Of a stretch of DNA of 64,000 bases, positions 12,127 through 24,218 are shown piece after piece. Position 1 is the first letter of the stretch, and the number at the start of each line of letters is the position of its first letter. A model generated the notes under the pieces. The model was not told the origin of the DNA and ran no database searches. It was given only the letters and a program-made list of their open reading frames with translations. The position numbers and the translations under genes were made by a program. This DNA is from Octopus vulgaris (taxonomy: Eukaryota), in the NCBI GenBank assembly GCA_951406725.2, contig OX597820.1:92752001-92816000 (forward strand), given 5' to 3'.

Positions 12127-12589
12127 ACAAGGTAGAAAATGCTAAAATAATTTTATCACGAAGAAAATTTTATTACCAGATTCAATTTTTGCGACTTTTT
12201 CATCTTAGAGTAAAATGAAAAGCAATTATATTGTGGAAAAATTAAATGTTTTTTTTTTATATCTCCTTAGTTTTCAAGGGCAAGGGACATTTTCGTTTTT
12301 CCTGTCTGTCTCTGTCTCTCTTTTTTTACTGTTATGTGTTCTAGGTATTTAGCAGCTACCCAGAACCAACAAGAGTAAAAAAAGACAGACAGAGACAGAC
12401 AGAAAAAGCCAAATGTCCCTTGTATTTTAAAAAAAATGGAAATATCTTTAAAAAACATTTCATTTAATTTTTCCAGAATTTAATTGTTTTTCATGGTCTA
12501 CTCTATGTTGAAAAAGTCGCAAAGACTGAGACCGTACTAAAATGTTCTTCGTGATAAAATTACTTTAGCATTTTCTACCTTGTCTTATA
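12121..12589. mobile_element. ~470-bp foldback element (long imperfect inverted repeat, ~10-nt loop), probably PLE-derived
   Basis: TATAAGACAAGGTAGAAAATGCTAAA at the left is mirrored by TTTAGCATTTTCTACCTTGTCTTATA at the right; symmetry runs inward to GTTCTAGGTA/TACCCAGAAC; each arm has a hammerhead-like motif. Confidence 0.85.
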
Positions 12590-12627
12590 ACAACTCGTGT
12601 GTCCTTTTTCAACCTTCTACACACACA

Positions 12628-12688
<61 letters not shown>

Positions 12689-12924
12689 CATACATACGTA
12701 TACTTACATACATATATATATGAATATATGTGTATATATATATATATTTATATATATATATATATAGAAAGTTGGTGTATGAAAGCACGTGGTTGAATAT
12801 ATAGAAAATAGTAAAAAGTGAAAAACTACAGAAGGCTTGTTTTAAAAGGTTAAAAATATATATATTTGAGTCATTATGTCAGAAGAATGTTATAAATTTT
12901 TTTCATACAGTGACATAGTTTTTG

Positions 12925-12964
12925 AAGAAATTACCGGTTTCGTGTTTAACTTATCAAATTTCTC
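12925..12964 (-). ncRNA. Minimal type I hammerhead ribozyme motif, U3-A8 core variant
   Basis: Reverse complement: GAGAAAT-TTGATAA-GT(TAAAC)AC-GAAAC-CG-GTA-ATTTCTT; stems I and II pair, with palindromic ACCGGT helix III. Confidence 0.75.
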
Positions 12965-13084
12965 AAAACATCGTTATGATTTCGTTAAGAAGTGTAAAGA
13001 AGAGTTCCAGGTAAGGGGAGGTAATAAGTGATTTCTTCCGGTGTAAGGGAGATAATCGCTTTATATTTCTTGCTTTCTGAAATT

Positions 13085-13513
13085 ACGGATGCAAAAGTAA
13101 AAAAATGTTGTGGATCAAACTGTGCAACATGCCCAAATCTTCTAGAAGGATCAGAATTCCTCTTCAAGATCAAATCTAATTTTACTTGTGCCTCTGAAAA
13201 CATAATTTATGTCATAAGATGCTCGTGCTGCCAGCAAAACTACGTGGGGTCCACGGGACTATCACTCAGACGTAGATGCACACTGCATCGACAACAGATT
13301 GCATTCCCAGAATACAGAATGATACCCTTTAGTGAGCATATTGAGAAATGCGCAAAGCAACTACTACCAGAATTTTTAATCTTCCCATTTTACCAATGTG
13401 CTATTGGAACACCAACACAAATTAGAATAAACAAGGAAACATTCTTCCTTGAAAAATATAAGCCCAAACTTAACCACTCTAACATTCTTATACAGAGAAG
13501 CTCACCCCTTTAA
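13085..13513 (+). CDS. Penelope-like (Neptune-type) Cys-rich linker plus GIY-YIG endonuclease; 5'-truncated, no N-terminal ATG
   Basis: KKCCGSNCATC zinc-binding motif, NIIYVIRCSCCQQNYVGSTG..LRRRCTLH (GIY/YIG/R/H), and KETFFLEKYKPKLN (conserved E and N); uninterrupted frame. Confidence 0.85.
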   Translation, partial: TDAKVKKCCGSNCATCPNLLEGSEFLFKIKSNFTCASENIIYVIRCSCCQQNYVGSTGLSLRRRCTLHRQQIAFPEYRMIPFSEHIEKCAKQLLPEFLIFPFYQCAIGTPTQIRINKETFFLEKYKPKLNHSNILIQRSSPL

Positions 13514-13629
13514 AAAAAAGGCAAGAAATATAAAGCGATTATCTCCCTTACACCGGAAGAAATCACTTATTACCTCCCCTTACCTGGAACTCTCCTTTAC
13601 ACTTCTTAACGAAATCATAACGATGTTTT

Positions 13630-13669
13630 GGGAAATTTGAAAAGTTAAACACGAAACCGGTAATTTCTT
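13630..13669 (+). ncRNA. Minimal type I hammerhead ribozyme motif, U3-A8 core variant
   Basis: GGGAAAT-TTGAAAA-GT(TAAAC)AC-GAAAC-CG-GTA-ATTTCTT, downstream of the GIY-YIG stop as expected for a PLE. Confidence 0.75.
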
Positions 13670-13787
13670 CAAAAACTATGTCACTGTATGAAAAAAATTT
13701 ATAACATTCTTCTGACATAATGACTCAAATATATATTTTTTAACCTTTTAAAAGAAGCCTTCTGTAGTTTTTTCACTTTTTACTATT

Positions 13788-13848
<61 letters not shown>

Positions 13849-14544
13849 CATGGTCATAACCACGTGCACTCACTAAGACGAACATATGGATGTCTTTTCA
13901 ACGTTCTCGCACACATAGTTTCGTTACTCCTGTTCTCTTTCTTTATTCTCTCTCGCAAGCACTCTCTTTAAGTATCTACTAAATCCTCTTTCTCATATTT
14001 AAGTCTGCATCTGTCTAACTCGTATTATTATCTCTAAATATTAATTTATTTATCAATATATTTATCAATTAAACCAATTCCGTCTTTCTCACTAGCTGCC
14101 TATTATTTCCACTTCCTATGGGAATATGTCTTATCTTTTATTCGGTACAATTTTCTCTGAATTCTCACATTGATTGTTTGTATTTTTACTTTTATTATAT
14201 ATTTCGCTATTTTCCTTCATTTTTTTATTTTCATTTCTGTATACTGTCTACAAATCTGACACCTAGAAATACTTTAGAATAAACATAGAATTGTATACCA
14301 AAATGAATATTTGTGTATGTAATTATATGTATGTGAATATATCATGTACCGTATGTATGAAATTATATATATTGATACATATATATACACACACACATAT
14401 GTATATAGAAATATATATATATATTCATGTATGTATGCATCTATATATAGAAAGAGGAGAGACAGACAGCTCTAACATACCTATATACATAGATGCCTAG
14501 ATATATGCATATAGATATAATGTATATACATATAAACATGTGTG

Positions 14545-14596
<52 letters not shown>

Positions 14597-14664
14597 CGTG
14601 CGTCTGTGTTCATCGAAACGAATGTATAAAGACAGATGTGTTGAGATTTCATTCCAAGTATGAA

Positions 14665-14785
14665 TATAATCTTTTCTACTTTAGGCACAAGCCAAAATTT
14701 TTTGTAGGGCAATGTTTTTGAGATGGATAAAAGGCAAAGTCGACCTCGGCGGAATTTGAACTCAGAACATAAATGGACTAAAATA
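14665..14785 (-). mobile_element. SINE family B fragment
   Basis: AAAGGCAAAGTCGACCTCGGCGGAATTTGAACTCAGAAC. Confidence 0.75.
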
Positions 14786-15399
14786 CAGTACTGTTCTCTA
14801 TACGTATTGAATAGAAATTTCGTCGGTTGCCGAAATTGAGATCATTTAAGAGAATCCAGATATTTTGGCTCAGCTTTGAATATTTACATACAAACACACA
14901 CACATGCGCATTAGCCTCAAACATATACACACGTCCATACGCATAATCACACATATACACACGTCCATCCACGCGCGCACACACACACACAAATTCACCA
15001 CATCACTTCACGCAACACATCAACAAGGTTGCCTGTACACTTGCACACCCATGCCAATGCGTTTGCATACACACACATGATAACCGCACACAGACGTACA
15101 CTCGTTCATACGCGCTCACACATACATACCAGCACATGTAATGAATATCACTCCACATAACGTACGCACGGGTCACTTAAACACATACACACACACAGGT
15201 CACATATTTTTCAGCTCGCCTACACATACATAATCACGCATTTGCCTCCATTCATAAATACACACACACTATTCTCACATGCACACACGTGCTTCAGCCA
15301 ATTCGTTCGGCCGGGTCGCCCTTATTACCTTTGATCCAGCCTCTTTCTTCTGACCCTTTCATCATTAAGCCCTACACATTTTTTGTCTCTCCATTTCTT

Positions 15400-15555
15400 G
15401 TCATTCTCTCTCCTTCATTTCATTTTAATCCATTCTGTGGCAGAGCGCAGGCTCGAGACATAAAAACCTTTTTCATGTTTCCCAAACGTTAAACTAATGT
15501 ACCTGCTTGTTGTTCCTTCACCGATCTTCGTCTTTTCTTTTCTGTAAATTTGAAC

Positions 15556-15560
<5 letters not shown>
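15400..15560 (+). mobile_element. PLE terminal (pLTR) fragment with a decayed hammerhead-like motif
   Basis: CTGTGGC-A-GAGC(GCAG)GCTC-GAGACATA and the downstream sequence resemble 50120-50250, which ends the PLE RT fragment. Confidence 0.6.
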
Positions 15561-15613
<53 letters not shown>

Positions 15614-16046
15614 CGTGTGTGTGTGTGCGCGCGCGTGTGTGTGTGTGTGTGTGTGTATTGATTCTCATTTCTCACTTAACTACCTCCTTACATTTTTCTG
15701 ATTCAATAACTGTATTCACTTAAATGGTACTTGCGTCCGGCTCTACACCGAGGAAATCCATTTCAGATCAAAATACGTATATACATCTACATAATTTCAT
15801 AAGTACGAACTGAATGAATAAAATGCACTTCTGTCGCTTCATTATTTATAACCTTCAAGGAGTTACGTAAGAGAATGACTCCCCTCTCGCAAAGAAGTAG
15901 AACAGATGAGTCGGTCAAATTGTCCCTTTTAGGTAAAAGATCCCCAGATATCTATTCATCATCATTTTCTAGAACACTGAAACAACGCAATCAATAAACA
16001 TATCATTCGACTAATATAATATAGACATAGACAGACAGACAAGTAT

Positions 16047-16583
<537 letters not shown>

Positions 16584-16826
16584 GTAGACATTCGATTTTA
16601 GCATGAAACCAGAAATATAAAGCGAATTTTCATAATTACCGTATAGTAAAGATATAATCCGTCGTGTTTTTTAAAAAATCTATAATTCTTTAAATCAGTT
16701 TCATATCATTGTTCCACAGCTAATTCGAATGATCACTCAATACTAAATCTCTGATCACAGAATATATTACATATCCTTTGTGTTCATTCTGATACATTTT
16801 GTGGCGCTAAAGACCATCACGTAACC

Positions 16827-17057
16827 TATTTCTTTATTACCCACAAGGGGCTAAACACAAAGGGGACAAACAAGGACAGACATAGGTATTAAGTCGATTC
16901 CATCGACCCCAGTGCGTAACTGGTACTTAATTTATCGACCCCGAAAGGATGAAAGGCAAAGTCGACCTCGGCGGAATTTGAACTCACAACGTAACGCAGA
17001 CGAAATACCGCTAAGCATTTCGCCCGGCGTGCTAACGTTTCTGCCAGCTCGCCGCCT
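16827..17057 (-). mobile_element. Full-length SINE family B with 10-bp TSD
   Basis: TSD TCACGTAACC at 16817-16826 and 17058-17067; near-identical to 20516-20746. Confidence 0.95.
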
Positions 17058-19623
17058 TCACGTAACCGCTTAATCTCTCAGTTGCCTTTATTTATTGCAG
17101 GAAGTATTGTTGATATGTAACTGATTGTTGAAACAAAATGTTGGGATGTATTTAAATACATCCTAACAATGTGAATTACGTCCAAATCTACAAGTCGATA
17201 AATATTATTGACACACATGTATATCATACTGACTTAATTGGAAACGTGTCAGTGAAACTTTCGTTATAAATATCGATTAATGAAATTTAAGTCAAAGAAT
17301 TTTATCTCGCACTGAAGTAATTCGTTAAATAATCCAGAAAATGAATAAGGAAAAGTTGAACATTTTTCTATAATATATGGAATTAAAAAAAAGTACTATC
17401 TAATGAGTTAATCTTCATCTAATGCCTCATTAAAATTTTAATATTATTTTAGATTTCTACTTTTTGATTTTTACAAATCGACTCTTAACAAGATTTCAAA
17501 ATTTGGTTACTTTATATTGTAAACTATCGTTTAAATTATTACCTTACGAGTCTACTAATACATATAATCTTTCTAAATTTGATTATATTTATAAATTATC
17601 AGTTTATTGATAGATACGTCTCTGCATGTAACAGTACCGAATCATAGATTACTCTATTGATCTTGTAGATGAAAGAACTAGAGGATATTTAATGAAGAAT
17701 AAATTGGATTCTTGTTATACTCGTCGGCTCCATAGGGGCATAATCAGCTTTGAATAGTATAGAAACACATATTAATGATTCATTGCTAGGTGATTAACAT
17801 AATTCCTTGTATGATATGAGATTCAAAATTGAAATTTAGGACATTGCCTTTCATTGAAAAAGATATATCTAAAATGTTATAGTTTACTACATCTTAAAGC
17901 GCCGTCACAACCATCCTCCAAACGAAGTCAATGCAATCAGGATGTACATCCACTACAATTCCGAGGCTTATCCCTCTTTATATTCACTTTATTTTCAGAT
18001 GATATGTTGCTGAATCAATTACGAAAACATAGTCTGTTCGCACAATCTTTGTTTCTAAACATTCTCACCATGTAACATATGAACCAAATGAGGAGGATTA
18101 TAAGATGATAATATGCTTATTTCACCTTACGCTATTGAATACTTATGCAAAAGAAAAGTATTTTAATGAAATATTCAAACTAAAGAAGGAAAGCGACTAA
18201 GGAGAGAGAGTAGATGAATATATAAATTATTGACAAAGGTGTTAAGGGTCCATGCATTTCACTATGTTTTCGATAAATATGCAACGTTCACATGCCATTT
18301 GAAAATATAGAATGTTATTGTTTTATCCCCAAGTCACACATATCGAATAGATATGGGATGGAAGATATTCTAATGATGACAATTTCTTTCATTAATATAT
18401 CAATGACTGCATGTGAATGTTTTGTTTTTGTTTGTATTTTGTCAGATGTTAGGCCTTCCTCTTGCAGCGCATCGAGTAACAGCATAGAGTGGCTTCTCAA
18501 AGGAACCACTCATTTCAGTTCTTAACTTTAACTAGATTTAAATTTTCAACTTTGTACTTTACTTTTAAGACTATTGTAGGTGATGGTGAAAAAGCTATTT
18601 TACGTGAAAGATACTGATGAGTTTATACTATCGAAATAGGACATTTAATTAAACATGATTATAATGAGTGGTGTAATGGTAATGGTTCTATCATGGCTTG
18701 ATGTGACGTACTACAATAGATGAATCTTACTACAGTAAAATGAATGTTTTAACGGTTCTGTAATCAAGAGGCGGGACATGGCCCATTATAAAGCCTCGGA
18801 AACCTGTGAAAGGATGGGTGGTAGGAAGATATCCACCTACCAGAAGCTTAGTTCAAATACCTACAACACCGTGGGGTCTGCTAAACCAAATTGGCAAGGT
18901 GAGGCATTAAGACTACCAACAAATGAGGCTGGACAAACACCGTACGGTTTCTAATCCGACATCCATGCATATAGGATAAAAAGCAATGTTGACCACTTGC
19001 AGTATTTGCCTAAAATCCTTCGTAACTCGCAGGAGTTGAACTGACATTCTTTGAATAAACATGCAGATAAAATTTCCAACGGCTCGTGGAAAAATGACAA
19101 AATGGATTATTGAACTGGCAAGCAATAATACAAAAAGACACGTTGTGCGTGTGGGTGTGACTGTAAGTATGTGCTGTATATCTACATCTTTCTTTGAACA
19201 CTAGCGCATATGTACATTAAATTATTGTTGTTTTCAAAATAATAAACATTTTTGGTCTCACTAGGCATAGGTCAATTTCATGCAAATAAAATAATGCTTC
19301 AACACTTTGGGATTTAATGTTCTTCTATAATTAGATATCTGTATATAATTTCACAATCACATCAGTACATACGGAAAAATTGAAATTATATGATAAATAC
19401 GTTTATTATTTTTTCTGTCAGGTAAATGCTGTCAAAGGTGTGACAGTTTCCCCTTGGCAAATAAACAAACGAAACAGAAATTCAGGATATTTCTGTACAT
19501 CCATTGTTTAATGTTATTCATGTTCTATCTATGAATATATAAATAGAAACTATTGACAATAGCATATATTCTTCACTGATAATTGTATGCATATGTACAC
19601 ATACAGTCACAGGGACACAGAAA

Positions 19624-19679
<56 letters not shown>

Positions 19680-19989
19680 AGAGATAGACAGAAAGAGACG
19701 GAGATGAATATATGTATGTGTATTATGTGTGAGTGTGTGTGTGCGCGCATGCGCGTGCGTTCCAAAATACATTTTGGCATTTTGTATAGGATTGATGTTT
19801 TTTTTTTAATATCCTTTTTTATAGTGACTTGGAAAAGCAATCGATTACCTAAGAGTATTTATGCCGTCAGAAGACAAATTTTCCCCCGCAAGGTTGCTCA
19901 AGATGTATAACCCAAAACAAGCCAGTGGGATGTATATGATAAAATCAATTTATTGAAAATCTTTTATAATGTGAAAACGATTCATTTGG

Positions 19990-20330
19990 GAGTAGATCTT
20001 ATCCATGAAAACCAACATGGGGTTTGCTTTCAAGAAATACAGTTTTAAGAAAAACTTGTTCTATAAAATATATTTTACAAAGCTGGCTTATCGTAAAAAT
20101 GTTTAGAATATATAAAAATTGGGGGACGGTAGTGACCCTAGGTAGAAATACGAACTATATGGACGAAAGAAAAATATCTGAGGGACGCCTTCTGCGTGCT
20201 AAATAGAACTGCTATAGAGAATCCCATATATAAGATATAAAGGTGAAAATGATCACTGAATTACAATATTTGACATAGGTTCCCTCTAGTAGTGTTTAAG
20301 ATCCAAAAATCACGACAGAAAGGAGACAAG
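19990..20330 (+). pseudogene. Highly decayed LINE reverse transcriptase relic
   Basis: IHENQHG (like Q.GF) and later VPSSSV*DP (like GVPQGSVLGP) in the expected order. Confidence 0.35.
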
Positions 20331-20515
20331 CCAATAAAATCAATTACTGGAAATATTTCAAAATAAATTCGATGCAGATGAAATTAGAGCTTGTCTTCAA
20401 AAGTAACGGAAGAAAGTCTGCCTGTATGACTACCATTAAGTTTGAGCAGTTTAGTATATGGTATAAGTATTTTGTATGAGTGTAAGCGTTGAGTTTATGG
20501 TATAAGTGTTTAGCA

Positions 20516-20746
20516 AGGCGGCGAGCTGGCAGAAACGTTAGCACGCCGGGCGAAATGCTTAGCGGTATTTCGTCTGCGTTACGTTGTGAGTTCGAATTCC
20601 GCCGAGGTCGACTTCGCCTTTCATCCTTTCGGGGTCGATAAATTAAGTACCAGTTACGCACTGGGCTCGATGTAATCGACTTAATACCTATGTCTGTCCT
20701 TGTTTGTCCCCTCTGTGTTTAGCCCCTTGTGGGTAATAAAGAAATA
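20516..20746 (+). mobile_element. Full-length young SINE family B with 17-bp TSD
   Basis: TSD GGTATAAGTGTTTAGCA at 20499-20515 and 20747-20763; B box GAGTTCGAATTCC. Confidence 0.95.
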
Positions 20747-20827
20747 GGTATAAGTGTTTAGCATATTCTGTATGTTTACTATAATTTGTATTTTCTTGTG
20801 TTTAGTAATATATTCTGAATGTTTACA

Positions 20828-21001
20828 TAGGAGCAGGAGTGGCTGTGTGGTAAGTAGCTTCCTTACGAACAACATGGTTCCGGGTTCGGTCCCACTGCGG
20901 GGCACCTTGGGCAAGTGTCTTCTACTATAGCCTCGGGCCGACCAAAGCCTTGTGAGTGGATTTGGTAGACGGAAACTGAAAGAAGCTCGTCGTATATATG
21001 T

Positions 21002-21033
<32 letters not shown>

Positions 21034-21280
21034 TTATGTATGTATGTGTATGTAAATGTTTGTGTGTCTATGTTTACCACCCACCCCACTATCGCTTGAC
21101 ATCTGATGGTGGTGTGTTTATGTCCCCGTTAGTTAGCGGTTCGGCAAAAGAGACCAATAGAATAAGTACTAGGCTTACAAAGAATATGTCCTGGGGTCGA
21201 TTTGCCCGACTAAAGGCGGTGCTCCAGCATGGCCGCAGTCAAATGACTGAAACAAGTAAAACAGTAAAAGAATAAAGAGT
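20828..21280 (+). mobile_element. Full-length SINE family A
   Basis: A box TGGCTGTGTGG, B-box-like GGTTCGGTCCC, internal microsatellite and AGTAAAA tail repeats. Confidence 0.92.
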
Positions 21281-21371
21281 ATATGCTACGAGGGATAAAA
21301 AGGAGTTTCTTCTGGTATTGGTAGAGTGGTTAATCCTTTATAGATTTTCTTTTGTTTTAATATTGCTGTTT

Positions 21372-21592
21372 AAGGCGGCAAACTGGGAAAATCTTCAGCA
21401 CGTCGGGCAAAATGCTTGACTGCTTTTTTTAAGTCTTTAGGTTTGTAGTTCAAATTAGTACCGCTGTTAACTTTACCTTTCATCCTTTTGAAGTCGATAA
21501 AATAACTTCCAGTTGCGGACAGAGGTTGAAATTATTGACTTAAACCCCCCACGCTCCGAAATACCTGGCCTTCTCCCAATATTTGGAACCAA
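21372..21592 (+). mobile_element. Diverged SINE family B
   Basis: AAGGCGGC...AGTTCAAATT...CCTTTCATCCTTTTGAAGTCGATAAA. Confidence 0.75.
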
Positions 21593-21940
21593 TTCGCTCT
21601 TTAAGTCGTCGGGAAATGTCAGTAGTTTATTAAGTATTATTTAATAAATGCTTATGAATTAAAGATTTATGAGTATTTTCTTTTAACTGTGGAATATAAA
21701 CCTCTGAGTTTCCAATACCCTGACTAGTTGTGTCTAATTTAATTCAGGCTTTTATTTTATATTTTGTCGTGTGAATTTATATATTTATACTTTCGATACT
21801 GCTTTCTTTTTGTTTTCCTCCGCCTAAATAAAATACATAAGAAAACATCAGTAACAGAAATACCTCATATACAACATACTCCACAAAATAGCGGGGAAAT
21901 GATGGAAGCAACGTAAACGGGACAACAATGTATTATAAAT

Positions 21941-22169
21941 TATTGGGATGTCCGGAAAGTTCTTGCCGATTTTTAAAGGAAAGAATAGGTCAATAAATAC
22001 TTGCCATTACATTTTTAATCAACGAAATATGAACCACTTTGTTGCACAATGCGTCTCCATCTTTCCCTTAACTTGAAAATACCCTCTTCCTAGAATTGAG
22101 GTGTCTGGGAGGGTAATTCGAAAGGTCAGCTACTATAAAATCGGCACGAACTTTCCAGACAACCCAATA
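21941..22169 (-). mobile_element. Mariner-derived MITE (229 bp) with ~28-bp TIRs and TA TSD
   Basis: TA-TTGGGATGTCCGGAAAGTTCTTGCCGATT ... AATCGGCACGAACTTTCCAGACAACCCAA-TA; the interior is the reverse complement of the 3' part of 45887-46410. Confidence 0.92.
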
Positions 22170-22689
22170 CATTTGTTATAAATAAAATTTATATAAAATA
22201 CACAAGTTACAAGCAAAATCTCTGATTGGAGGAAGTAAATACTAATTGACAAAATTTCAAATTGGATCCACAATACCAAACATTAATACTTAAACTATTG
22301 CTTCTGTTTATTATAAGACGATAACACACATATGAGAGCAACGACTACTTTGACCATTAAATAACAACATGAAAGTTTGGAATCGCCGAAGAAAGATCTC
22401 GGACGTTTACTGTTCCAAGTAATCACAGACACACAAAACAACGTCCATACATATACTTATAATTGTATTTGTCAGGTAATTTGGATTTCCACTTGCGTTG
22501 ACTTTATCGCGACGGTCTCGACTGCTGTCCTATAATCGGACCAGTTTTAAGAGTAAATTTATTCTGATATCTGCAAAGTGATATAACCTTACCCATTCTA
22601 TTCAAAAACTATATCTGTTGCGTATATTTTCCTTAAGAGCACATCGAGCATATCAAAAACTTTTTATATAAAGGAAAGTACCGTGTATT

Positions 22690-22850
22690 ATTGTCAAGAT
22701 ATGACACCTAATCTTACCAAACTAAAGACCAACATATAGAAAACTGAGTGAAGTGCTGTTATATATCAACAAACATTCCAACTACTCACATTCAATAATA
22801 CAAAAACCTAATTAGCAGCATATGCCAGAGAAACTTTGCCGTGTAACCCC
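22690..22850 (+). pseudogene. Decayed PLE RT C-terminal (thumb) fragment
   Basis: LLYINKHSNYSHSII.NLISSICQR resembles the PLE Y...SNHP..I...P..I..R motif. Confidence 0.5.
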
Positions 22851-24168
22851 GCAACCAAATGTCCGACCTAACTGCACCATTTCTCAATAAAGCCTTGAGA
22901 ACTAGAGGATTAAAAGAACTAGAAGAATTCATATCCAATGCACATAGAAAACCAGAAATATCACCTGCCTGAACCTACCCAAAATGTAACTTCCAAAAAT
23001 CTTCCTAATGTTAATTACGAAATAATTCACAATGTGTGTAAAAATAGCCATTTTTATTCAAAATTTTATCATGTGAGAAGGAACAAACACAGCTAAAAGC
23101 TGAAAACAATACAAAATATATACAATTGTTACTGCATTATTTACAAAATGAAAAATACCCTCTCTTTTGAAGCATATTTGGAACTATACGGAAATAATAT
23201 ATACATATACTCACACATGGATGTGTATGGATGTGTGTGGATGTCTCTCTGTCTGACTGTCTATTATCGTGTGTGAGTGTATGTGCGTGTGTTCGATGTG
23301 TGTGTGTCTTCGTGTGTGGGTGTTTGTGCGAGTGTTTTATGCATGTGTATGCATGTGCTTGTGTATTGTTTATGTGAGAGTGTGTATCAATACAGAACAA
23401 ATATGATTGCCTCTCGAAAGAAGGGAAATGTTATAACACATAAACATGTATGACATGTGTTTTTATATTTGTCTGAAATGCTGTTATGGTAACCTCTGAT
23501 GACGGAACAATGACAGGAAAAGAAATGAATATATGACGACGTCAACAACAGACGCAACAATTAACATGCGGAAAGACAATGAAAATGTAGCGATATTACA
23601 TATATCAAATACATCCACTATATTTAATATGTCTGTGATAAAACATGTATATGATAAAGCAAATTTAGCGACATCAGATATCAAATAAGAATTTATGAAG
23701 TGGTCATAATAATTTTAGTGAAACAGGATACGATGCATTAATCGACAAGCAGAGAGAGACAAGACACATACTAACGAGAAAACAAGAAATGAGGAACCAG
23801 TATATTATGACATAATCGGGAGGCGGAGACAATATAGAGACTGAATCAGCCAATGAAATTCGATTCGATAACGCGACAATGATTTTATAAATGACCCAGG
23901 CATTTGTAAACAGAGCAAGCATAAATTTACAAATTAAATGGATGCTACAAGAGTTTATGATATTTCACAAAATTAAATGTCAACGAAATTTAGAAGGGTA
24001 TACAAGATAAAAAATACTGCTCTCATTTATATAAAACCATATTTGATTACCGAAAATTAAGCAGCTGGAATATCGAAGTAACACGATATCCAAGTGACGA
24101 GAAAAGGAATTTAGTTTAAATAAACAGTTTACTCTCCAGCATAGGTACTCATTTCCTCTATAAAGCGT

Positions 24169-24218
<50 letters not shown>

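Larger units (their letters stand above)
12797..13797 (+). mobile_element. Penelope-like element 3' part: GIY-YIG region between ~277-bp inverted pseudo-LTR arms
   Basis: 12797-13073 is almost exactly the reverse complement of 13521-13797; the inner segment encodes a GIY-YIG domain; a 5' inverted pLTR is a known PLE configuration. Confidence 0.9.

Noticed and set aside
17985-18525. Plus-strand exons after strong acceptors at about 17998 and 18445
   Set aside because: Frames stop within about 27 codons, with no convincing donors or recognisable homology
23495-23525. CTGATGA...GAAA as a hammerhead
   Set aside because: No stem II pairing, no following UH triplet and no stem I
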